A DNA stretch of 64,000 bases, from contig CM120644.1 in the NCBI GenBank assembly GCA_051362555.1, positions 7,076,954 through 7,140,953 on the forward strand, given 5' to 3'. This document shows positions 1-12,100 of the stretch, piece by piece; positions within the stretch are counted from its first letter, which is position 1; the number at the start of each line of letters is the position of its first letter. A model generated the notes under the pieces. The model was not told where the DNA came from. It worked only from the letters and a program-made list of their open reading frames with translations, and ran no database searches. The translations under genes were made by a program, and so were the position numbers. Source of the stretch: Lingula anatina. Its lineage: Eukaryota > Animalia > Brachiopoda.

Positions 1-3000
1 CTCGACTATCACTTCTCTCAAGATTCTTTCTGGATCGTCATGGACTTCTGCAATATGGGAGAGATGAAGGAATACTTCGTTGCGCATGCGCCTATTGATT
101 TGGCAACAAAAGTGGATTTCATGCGGCAAATTGCTGCTGCTCTGGTACACTTGCACGAGGCACCGCAGCAGATAATTCACAGGGATCTTAAACCAAACAA
201 CATGTAAGGCAGTGCTTATGCTTTCCCCAAAAGTATTCTTTCTTTAAATAAATAATAGATAAAATCATGCTTAATCCCAATTAATTAAAAAGGAAACGTA
301 TCTGGCGTCAAATTTACGCAAGTAAAACAAAACAAGCATTTGAAATAACATCATTATTCATATTCAGCTGTTTTTTCAACATCATCATAGTCGTCATCAA
401 TATCATTATGAATATCACCAGTAGTGTTATTTTATTATATTTTTGAAGAAAACAATTCACTTTTGTTTGCATCATTTCTCTAAACTCTTCGTTGTCGCCT
501 TTCTTTTGGCCAATACAGCATGGTGTCGTACATCTCAACAGACGATCGGCCCATGATTAAGGTCACCGACTTCGGACTGGCTAAAGTAGCCGAAGAGGAC
601 ATGACAAAGACCTTCCTTCTCTCCACCGTGGCAGGGGCGGTCTGCTATCTTTCCCCCGAGGAGTTCGCCAGGCAGAAGTACACTGTCCTGGTGGATGTGT
701 TTGCGTTGGGTTTGGTGTTTCTAGGAATGATCAACTTTGACGTTCTTGGGGAGTTAATTCCTGTCCCCCCTGGAAGTCAAGGTAAAATAATACAAAAAAA
801 GAAAATCGAACTGTCCGTCCTTTTGGTCAAATATCAGCTCTTAATCTAAATCTGATCTTCGGTTTATGTCAATGGAGTGAAACGTCTACTTTTATTCAGA
901 AATGGGCAGCTCCTTCAAAATTGCTGACACGGTGCTGTTTAATTCCTGTTTTAATGCGTAAATTGTAAAACATTCACCTTCTTTGTTACCTAAAAGATTT
1001 CGCTGTAAAATATAATCCATACAATTTGCTACAGATTCAATGTTGGCTACCATGTTGATGCCCATTGGCATGCAGATGCTTCAAGCAGCCATCGGTGGTG
1101 GCATCCAGCCAACACTGGTGCAGCATGAGCCAGATGACAGCCCGGAAGTGACGCAGCTGAAGGACCTTATACAGCACATGGCGGTATATAAGGTTGAAGA
1201 AAGGTTCACTTCTCGTCAAGTTTACGATACATTGGACAAACTTTACGGTAAAGTAAACGCACAGTTTTTTATCTTTTTGCCATAATGTAACAGGAAGTTC
1301 AACTCTTTTGTTAGCACTTTGTTTATTGACCACATTTTATGAAATAATATTCCTTTCACATATCATTTTCAATAGAAAAAAAGCAGTAGCCACATAGTAG
1401 ACGTGTAAAAGACCTTTCAAGAAACCAGTAGGGGCCTATAAGATGTTTTAAAATGAACCTTGGAAATATTTGTTATCATTCATTCTCTTTCCATATCCTA
1501 TTTCAGAGGGCATAAAACATATCCAATCACCGCCGCCGCCCCGGCCACCAGATCAGCTTGCAGAGGCAGGTAGTCCAATACAAGAACCGGGAGCTCATGC
1601 TGCAGAAGCAGCTGCGCATAAGCAAGACTCATCCGAGCGTGGCGCCGCCCAAAGGGACGGACATCGAGACATAGGTTATAAGCTTCTTAAGGAAGCCATG
1701 GGACAGTTATTAAGAGATGGCATTCAAGACAGAAGACGTGGTAAAGAGAGAGATAAACACCTGCGAGCTTTAGACAGAGGAATGCCTTTGTTAGAGATGT
1801 TACTTGGACATGATGAGAGAGATGACCAACAGGAAGGAAAAGAAAATGAGACAAATGAAAGCGAGGTGTCTTATGTTATTATTATTATTATTACACGTAC
1901 TTCTCTCTCTGGTACTTTCACCCAAGAGTACGCGTGTATATTAAAACATTTAAACTCCTTGCTCTAACGCAGCTGCGCGCCTTCTTTGCTCTTTTTTATG
2001 TTGAAGATATAAGTTATTGCAGATCTATTCTGGTATTTGAAAATCAAAAGTTGTTTTCATTCTAATTCCATTGAATTTAGTGGGTTTAGTTGTTCATTTG
2101 ACTCATATACCGGTATATCTAAACCTTGAAACCCTTTGTGTGTGTGTATTAGATCCAGAATTTCACTAAGACGGGTGGGCGGATTATACAGAATTTAACA
2201 CCTAACAATCTACAGTATTCTTATATCCGACAATGCATCCAAATCTCATAAATAAAGAGATATCATAATTTGACAATTAGCTTTTTATGTTTTAGTTCAA
2301 AGAGGGAGAGACAGTCCAGGTTGTGAAGGTCAGTGTCACCAGAGCTGTGGGGATGCAGGAGAATTATGGAGGCTGGCATAACGAGATGGCACAGGTAGCT
2401 ATTACCTTTGTAGCCGTTTAATTAATACGTCTGTTGCCAGATCATTATTTGAATTATCGATATTGTTCGACTTCTGTTTATTATTATTTTTTTCCGCTTT
2501 CCAAGAAATGCAAGACTAAGCGGTATGGATATTATATGCAATCACAGGTGCTTAAAATGCATAACTTAATTATGGTAAATGTTTTTTGGCAAACTGGGAT
2601 AAGAAACAAAATCACCATGTGAAATCCGAGGCACGTGCACTATGTTTGAATTATTTATGTAAAATGGACTTTTACAGTACCTTGGTAAGACTGGGAAGGT
2701 AGTTGAGCTCGTACTACACGTGGTGAAAGTGAAGTTTGAGGATGGGAAAAAGTAAGTAATTTTTACTGTCAAGAAAAATAAACGTACGTTACTTGTATAT
2801 CTAGTGCTGTACATATGTATGTATGTATGAAAGAAAAACAGATTTTAAGTTGAAATGTCATTGCATAAATGAAATTGTCTATTGTTTTTGATAGAATGCA
2901 TTTTATTCAATAAGAAATTAACAATTGGTACATACGAGTATGACATATAAATTAATGTACCATGCTCATATCAGTATCTTGAAGCATTTCCACTAAAATA

Positions 3001-4811
3001 ATTTTATTATCAGTGAGGTATATTGTCTGCGCAGTGTTCAAACGGATTATACAAAATATAATGAGATGTTTGACATTGTGCACGGATTACTTCAAATGGA
3101 CACGTACGTGTATAACATCAACAACGTCGTGTTCTTCTTCTACTAGTATGTTTCTTCGTCGCCAGGTGGAGCTTCAATCCGGCAATGCTCAAGAAGGTCC
3201 AGGGTGAGGTGTCACCATCCAGTCGGAGGGATAAAAACAAAAGGAGTGCCTTGAGGGCTAGACAGGTTGCTTGCCACTTTAAGCGGATGGACATTGTCCA
3301 GATTGCAGAGGACGAGGAGCTGGTCAAAACGCTACAGAAAGGACATGGGGGATGGAAAGATAAGATGAAACATGTGAGTTTGGTTTTATTGCCGTCAGTA
3401 CCACATTTGTGCCTTTACAGAATCGTAATATTCCTTTTCACGGATATTTAAATGGTATTTTTTTACTCTCATTTCCCTTTTTTCCCCGAGATTCCAGATA
3501 TCATCTCATAATTCTGCACAATTTCATTTATTTATTTAAATTCAACGTGTTTGATACAACCAAAGCTTAAAATAGCAATATGGTTATTTCAAAACGTGTT
3601 GTTTTTGTCCACTAAACCAAGTGAAAACAGAAACACTACAGGTACAGTTTCAAAGTTTTCAAAGTGTCAGTCGAGACAAGAAACTTTGATGTTAAGTGCA
3701 CTCCACCCCCTTCACTACCGCTAAACACTTAAACTCTCGCACGCACACGCACGTTACGGAGAAACCATTTGCCATTGAATGCAAAGATCTTGGTGACCGT
3801 CGGTAGGTAGACCATATGCAACTAATTTGTGACAACGACAAAAGCCAATACATGTAAGTTTACTTACCCCATACTTATTATTGTAGTGTATTGAGTGTAT
3901 TGTGTGTTAATGAGACAAACCGCACGACTCGCCCACATACTCTGTGTCCTTTTGGCTTGGGATTCCCCCCCACCCACCCACCCTTGTATAATGTCTTCGT
4001 ATTTTCAGAGTCTTGGTGTGAAGGGGATCGTACATGGCGTAGACAGGGACGGGGATGTTGTGGTGGAATGTATTAACCAAGACAAGTAAGCTTCGTGTTT
4101 GCCGCTTAAATTTTTTCGTCTGTCCTTTTTTTTCGAATTTTGTCGAACGGAAGAATTTTTTCTACCTTTGATATGGTTTAACATTAATTTTTTAATGTGT
4201 AGTATTTGAAATTTTTTTCCGAGTAGACTTTCCTACAGAGTAGTAATGCCTTTTATCCGAGATGTGCATGTGAAACAAAATTTTTATCGGGTATTTTAAA
4301 GTCACAGTGAAATATTTCATACATCGTAAATCTCCGACCAGGTCCTTTAGGTCCAATAAATCTTAAATTCTGGTAATTTGTTCAGATAAAAAACTCTGGT
4401 TGTGAAGGATTGAACCATGTTGATTACTGCATTGATTGCAAGAGAATTGTTGGTTTAAATCATTGGCAATTGCTGAGTACAATATTTTCATTCGAACTAA
4501 CAAAACTTTATATTTTGTCAATAGATGGTATTTTAACCCTGAATTACTGATCAAAGTGGAACCAGACGAGAACGCAGAGCTGGCAGCCGGAGACGTGGTG
4601 CTCGTGAAGGATTTAGATTTTGAGGTCGCAAAAACGCTGCAGGAAGAAATCGGGGAATGGAACATTGCTATGGCGGAGGTAGGTGACCACCTCGGATACC
4701 CTCGGGTGATTCCGTTTCTCGATCATCTGCCGAGTAACGGAATTTACACCGAATGGTATTCGTAGGCCAGGAAGATTGATTTGAAAAAAAAAACGAAAAC
4801 AATCTCAAAAC

Positions 4812-4860
<49 letters not shown>

Positions 4861-5560
4861 GTAAAGCAATGATTACGTTTTGGATTTCATTTCAAAAAGA
4901 TAAATTCTTTAGTAGGCCTAGTAGTAGTAGTAGTAATAGTAGTAGTAATAGTAGTATTAGTATTAGTTTTGATTCCATGTAAATAGAACAAGATGGATTT
5001 CCTAAAACATTCATTTGCTTTGGAGTGTTTGATACATATTCATCTGCGCTCTAATGTTCCAGTCATTTGGACGCGGCGGCATAGTAAAAAGCGTGCTGTC
5101 TGAAAACAAAATCAGAGTCGAGGTGTCACGTGACGCATGGATATTCCACAGGGCGTTGCTCATTCAGGTGGCCAAATCAGGTGCGTATGCGATCCAGGAA
5201 AAGGTACAGTATCTAGTAAAGCTAGTCGAGGGAATAAATCGAGAAAGAAAACAACTCTAAGTTACTTTTTTTCAGCATATGTCTACTTTCTATGTCAAAT
5301 TTATTTATAAATAACTATGTCTTGTTGGATACCATGTTTGCTTTTAATCGGTTTGAACCCATGTGCCTTTTTACAACGCAAAATTTGGAGCTACTGCGAT
5401 GCAATTAGGTTATGCTAATGAAATAAGTGAGTTGAATTCAATAATTTTTGCTCGTTATATAACTGTTGTGTGAAGTATCTTATGACAAAACGTGGAATTA
5501 ATTATTCTTTCAGATGAACTGATGCATGCCATATTACGAAAGAAGTTCCGTCGAACATAA
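1..5560 (+). CDS. Ser/Thr protein kinase (PDIK1L/STK35-like) fused to three Mind-bomb REP (SH3_15-type) repeats; 5'-partial
   Basis: In-phase GT-AG exons: <1-203, 519-781, 1035-1247, 1507-1865, 2296-2394, 2678-2750, 3166-3373, 4009-4085, 4525-4678, 5063-5180, 5514-5560 (TAA). Kinase motifs HRDLKPNNI, KVTDFGLAK, YLSPE, DVFALG. Three repeats FKEGETVQV..GGWHNEM..LGKTGKV..WSFNPAML, FKRMDIVQI..QKGHGGW..WYFNPELL and LAAGDVVLV..GEWNIAM..WIFHRALL resemble the MIB1/2 REP domain. Confidence 0.85.
4815..4965. repeat. (TA)n and (TAG/TAA)n microsatellites
   Basis: Directly visible intronic simple repeats at ~4815-4857 and ~4919-4965. Confidence 0.9.
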
Positions 5561-6635
5561 CGTCAGCGTTTGAAGCATTCGTGTCGAGGAAAGTCTTAAA
5601 GTACATGGAATAGTTTAAAAACTAGAGGCCTAGGTGTTTTTTTTTTCAATTTCATTTTTACAGTTTTCATAAACTCAATTGATACATCTGGTTTATAGAA
5701 TAGCCATCAAACAAAACAGCACCCACCGGTCTTGTAATGTTCGCAAAGCATCCTTTGTATTTATGAAAAAATAGTTCCTTTACCAACAATGTTTATGGAG
5801 ATTCGCCGATCGTTGACCACCATATTAATTTTCCCTGGATTTAGCCTACAATTGCGTTTATAATAGTACATGGATTCTTTCATTACTCATAACACATGGC
5901 TGCACGATCGTTGTATGAAATGTTTTAAAATTGCCTGCGGAATGTGGCAATTTGTAGTATAAGCTAGCTCACATTTGAGCTTTTCGAATGATGATATGAA
6001 CCAGTTGGATGGCCTATCTGGGAAATGCAAGGAGAATTTCCATGAGGAATCGGAGCGCTTAAGAGCATCATCACGTTATTCTGCGGTTATTTTCAGTATA
6101 TATCATATAATAATATTTGAATCCAATGTGTCAGCACAGAGGCAAATGTACGTGTAAATCAAATGCCTCAATTAAAGCCGATGCTCTCATCATCTCTGTG
6201 TGTGTGCCACTTTTTACGCCTATTCAAAGTTCTGCTGTTTTGATACGCGAATACTTTATCATAATGCAAGAACGTTTTAAGGGCGGTGCACAAATAAACC
6301 ATATGATAATTATATGAAATGTTCTGTCGAATGAATAAAGAATAATGAAAACGACTAGCGTTCAAAATGATAACAGATTGTAACTCAGGAATAGGAAGAC
6401 CTTTGTATTTCTGATCATTCATTGCGAGTTTACATTGAGCTCTCGTGACCTGCACGATATCGCGGTGTGTGTGCGTGCGTGCGCGCACGCGCGCTTGCCT
6501 GTGTGTGTTAGTTGTGCCATTGTATCGAACGTATCATTGAACTTTTAGGTGTCGATCATGTAATTGAAATCCCTGTATAAGTGTATGTGCTCACATAACT
6601 CCTAAGTCTACCCGTACAACTCGTTCTACACAGAC

Positions 6636-7184
6636 TTAGATGTCCTCACGGAGATCATAGTTCTCTTCTCCCTTGGGAGAATGTGGTCTATCGGCGCACT
6701 CGCCGTTGTTTTCAGATCCATTATCACCTGAAAAAAAAAGATATCACTTTGTTTGATTTTGTCGGAATCCATCCTCCAGGAGAAATCTCTCCTGATTTAT
6801 TTACATCAGGGGAGGTTTATATCCCAACGCCATCTGGCGGATAAAGTTTTTTTTTAAGTCTACCAGGGAAACTAAATAGCATTTAAATAATGCTTCACGA
6901 TAAATCGGTTATACTTTTGATACAGAATCATTTGTATGCTAAGTAATACCCATTTTTCCATACATGTTCTAATAAAAAAGCAAAGTCATGTAAACCAAAT
7001 ACTTTAACACTACTTTCTGGTGAATACCGTTAATTTTTTTAGCAATCAAATGGCACTCATGGCGACTGTTTTAAGGCAAGTCTTAAACTGTGGAAAGCAA
7101 TCAAGTCTTAAGCCATTTTTCTTAATTTTTGATTCTCTCTCTCACACACACCCACACACAAACACACACACACACACACACAAA

Positions 7185-7225
<41 letters not shown>

Positions 7226-7346
7226 ACACACACACCCCCACACACAACCACACACACCCACACACACACACACACACACACGCACATACACAAACGTAAA
7301 CTTATATACCTTGTTACATTATTTGATAAATTTCCCATATTAAAAT

Positions 7347-7425
<79 letters not shown>

Positions 7426-9148
7426 ATCTACTATTATATATATTGTATCTACTTACAAGTGAAACTCAAAACTACTGGTAACCATCTTCTTACCTCTAAA
7501 TTTGTTAATTTATGAAGTTTTGCTGCTTTTAACGGGTACGTACGGATAAAATTTAGTCCCAAAATATTACACGTCTCTATACTCCCGTTACCGATAGATA
7601 CATAAAGGAAAAACGGAAAAAACGTCTTTTTAGATTTAAATACCGATAGATCCGATTTTTTCTGCTGTCCTATAGGCCTATATTTGCGTTCCTATAGATA
7701 TGACGTCCTCATAAACCCACGTCCTTTAAATCCGCATACCTATAGATCCACGTATTTTTAGATCCAAATACCGATAGATCCATTACAGGTACACTATTGC
7801 TCGAAATGGTTGGTATACTACTCAGTACATAAAATGCACTTCTTTAAAACGGCAGTCAGCAATATATTATTCTACTAGATCGTTTTCACACAATACTCAG
7901 TGAAAGAACATAAAAAGAACAAAAGTGTGTTCTATATTTCACAACGCTTAATTACTGTTCTAGCGTCAGAACACTGTTTAAAGCGTTCTCAAAATGCAAC
8001 ATTCGAACACGTAAAAAGTGTTCTGAATTTACATGTAAATGTGTTCTAAACAAAACAAAACAAAAAAGAACATAAAAATGTGTTCTAAATTTCACAACGC
8101 AAGTTGATATGGGCCTTTTAGCCGATTACGATGTCAGATAGATGGATCTAGCGGTACCTGGATCTAAAGATACGTGGGTTTATAGGAATCTGTTGGTGGA
8201 TCTATCGGAACGTAAATTTAACGAGACGTAAATCTATTGAGACGTGTATGTATAGAGACGTATCTATCGGGGCGAATATTTTATTGGGACGTTTATCTAT
8301 ATGGCGGACCCCCTTTTAACAATTAATGCATTATTGGGATTAGTGGATTTAGACTATGCCTGGGTTGGGACTGGGCCTGTGACATATATATATAGGCCTA
8401 TATATATATATATATACACACTCGCATGCATAAACAGGTAGCCTACATGTAAATATATGAATGATTAATTTTCTTGAGTGTATAGCTATTATACAAATCT
8501 ACTCGTAAATGCCTTGATAAATATTTCCTTACATTAGCCTATTGGGTGTACTTCAGCACCTTATATTTAAGCGCACTTATATTAATAACTGCTAAAATTC
8601 CTACCGGCTTTCGGACATGTTTGGCTCCCTGCACTGCTTGCACTAGAAGGGCCGCCATTCAGGTCCCTCTTCAGTGCTTCTTCGTCAAGAGTTCCATCAG
8701 AAACATTGGACCCTCCTACAATGTTAAAATGCGTAGGAGGAATTCACTCTCCATCTGAGCATCTCTTGTGAAAATATTCCATTTTCTATACAGACAGCCC
8801 CACGTAGCTAATAACTTACTCCAGAACTTAAATACCTAGTTTTTAGTACATGCACTTCCCGCCTTTGCGGAAGTGTGGCATCAGTGAATCACTGAAACTT
8901 GACGGGAGAGTTATAGCTTTTTGAGTATACACACGCTGCTTTTTACAACTTAGCCCCACCATATTTATACGACCTTATATCAATTAACGCCCCCCTCCCC
9001 CCGCCAGTAACGCTCTTCCCACCATTGACTTTTAACACCGTGTAATACTCGACTTCTCACATATGGTGACAATGCATGTAAGTCGCAGGCCAGAAGGCCA
9101 GATTTAAATCCAGTCAAAATCTTAATTGGCCTAGGCCTTGGCCAGAGC

Positions 9149-9184
<36 letters not shown>

Positions 9185-12100
9185 GATGATGATAATAATA
9201 AAAATAATAATAAACGCGCTGCCAATTTGCTCACCCGAATGGCCCAGCTGTGAATATGAAACTCTTTCCGAATCAGGACGTGCACCAAGAAGTGGATCAA
9301 TACTTTCGGCTCCTGATGGCGGGGTTGGTTGGAACCATCTTCTGCCCACTGAAGAATTTAAAATGACATAAGTTTTTAGCAACTTCTCAGTCCACTGTTG
9401 AAAAGGTCTGAAGCCAAACCTTTCCCCCTAAGTATACACGTACATTTATTTAAACGGTATGCGAACAGGGCCCTTTAAAACTGTAGACTGATAACCGTTT
9501 TAGACATGATAATGTAATTGCCAATAGTGTGACCCTCATTTCACTGGAATCGCCTGTACATATATTATTAAAACTTCTCAGCAAAAGATGCAGTGGAGGC
9601 ACTATTTTATGTCGTTCAATTTCTAGAGCAAAGATACTTGGTAAAAATGCAGGCACCTACCTTTTCGAATGAAACCACCTATAACCAATACAAGTGCAAT
9701 TGCCACTATACCTAAATGGTAAAAAGAAGTGGAGAAAAGGACTTGTATAAAACTTGCCAGTATTTGCAGAGAGAGAGGGGGAAGTGAGAGAGAAAATCTG
9801 CAAAGGAAAGGGGTTTTAAAATTCTGTTCAGATGACTTACCCTTTTGATAATTTTTTAACATGAAAATACACTATGCATTTGTTGCCTCAATTTAATTAA
9901 TAACATTTTGTTGTATTTCAATTGAATTCTTTTTATGATAATTTCACAACAAGAGTTGTTCAAATTGCTCTTTTTGGATGCAAAGGGGATAAGTTACCTA
10001 TTAGTAATTTCACTTGACCTATACAGGGGCGGATTCAGAGAAATTTTATGACAGTCTTCCAAAGTATCTTTGTAGATCCATCCTATATTTTTGGCCGTCT
10101 TCCGACAAAAAATTCGATATCCATCCATGTAAACTTGAAAATCTGACCGTTTTCTGGAAGACCTTGAAGACTGACTTAATCTGCCCTTGCGTAAGTCATA
10201 AAAATGAAAATTTAGAAATGATACAGGAGAGCTAATATGTACAGGAGAAGTGCTTGGAACTAACACATGTGACTATAATGTGAGGAAATGAAATGTGTCA
10301 CTTGTTTGTTTTAGTTTTTCTGTTATACATGTATATGAGAGGTACCTTAATCTATAATTTAGTAGTTATATATGTACCTCCAATAATCCACAACCACCAC
10401 GGATACTTATGTCCTGCCGCAGAATGCTCTTCTTCTACTTCTAGATTGGCAGACGACGCTACTTTACCACACTTTCCCTGCCACGTCACACTATAGACGC
10501 CAGCATCGTCTTTGGTTACGTTGAATATAGTCACCGTACCTGAAACAGTCCAACGTTATGAAATCTGCTTCATAACACGATTTCTCACAAGCACGTGTAC
10601 ATGTGTGCGTGTGTGTGTGTGTGTGCCTGCCCCTTAGACTATTTTCAATCCATCGATTCACTAGGCCGTTAATTTCAAAGCAATGTTGTCGATGCATTGA
10701 TTGGTGCGTATCACCAATGTCCTACGACCCACTGCAAACCCTATATACATGGATATTCTGCCCAGTCCCACCATATCTGGCAGCCATCTGGGGGACATTT
10801 ATACCCCCCCCCCCCTTAGAGAAACAATTTATTTTTATAGTGCGCATGGATGAACACCCATCCTCGGTTTACGCTAGCAATAAACTGCGAATCATTTTTA
10901 CGGAGGGGACCTGCATGTCACATACATAACGCACAATTCATACAGCAATATTTATGTCACCCCCTGTGCATTATTTTATGTTGTTTGAGGAATAATTAAA
11001 TAAACCTTTAAAATGATATCTGGTATACTTACCATTATCATCCACATTAATATGTGGCGATGAAGCCATAAACAAACCATCATGCCACCATTCAGGGGTT
11101 GGTTCCGGGTATCCCTCGGCATACGAGTCAAAAGACACCGTCTCACCAACCTTAACAGTGTGGTTGACAGGGGACTTGTCTAACTTGATAGCTTTCTGTG
11201 CTGCAAGAAGCATGAACAGTTGAGACCAACGCCGTTGCTTGTAATGCCATCAAAGACGATGAAAAACGAGAAAAATAGTGAGAACACTCATATGTATATG
11301 CAAGATAGTTTTGGACAAATAATAATAATAATAATAATAATAATATATTCTAGACTATAAGTAACACAAATCTACACTTATGTGTATGGAAATTTACACA
11401 TCACACATCTTTAAACTGAGAGAGAGAGAGTGAGAGAGAGAGAATAGAAAAATACGCACGCCTAACATTAAGTTTCAACTCTATAGAATTATGATTCAAG
11501 CATTGCGGATGGTGTACAGAACAAGTCCATCTGTCCTCGTCAATCTCTTTCACAGCTCTAATAACGTGGCTTATGCGGCATGGCAAAGTCTTGTTACTTG
11601 GGCAGTCTTGCCGCAGAGGGGAGCAGGGCTGTCTGCAGCTGGCGTACGACAAGTACAACGAGCTACCACTGTCAGCCTGGTCAGATAAATTGCAAAAAAT
11701 CCTTAAATTGCCAAAATATCTGTTGGATCCATTAGGTGGTGCCAGAGGAACCGCAATTCTTTTTCGAAAAATGCAATGGTATATGTATTTTATAGACTTA
11801 CCAGTATGATTCTCAACTTTTATAGTGACACAGCCTCTCAAAAATGAACAATAGATAATAAAGCAAATATTTCGTATGAAATAAAACTTAATTTTGACAG
11901 GAAAGTTGTGTATTGATGAAACTTCCGGGTGTTTGTGAATTTCTTTTCATCTTATTTATATTAACTCAGCAGGTCATATGACATTGGTATTCTGGATGTC
12001 AGATATTTCCATGTGTTCACTCTTTCAAAAAAATCAATTTCGAAATTTTAGATTCATACACGTACAACTCACGCCCACTTTACCTTTGAGGTTTTTCCTA

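Noticed and set aside
7020-9382. His/Thr-, Ile- and Leu-rich ORFs in the ORF track
   Set aside because: They are translations of microsatellites; the same applies near 17642 and 29671.
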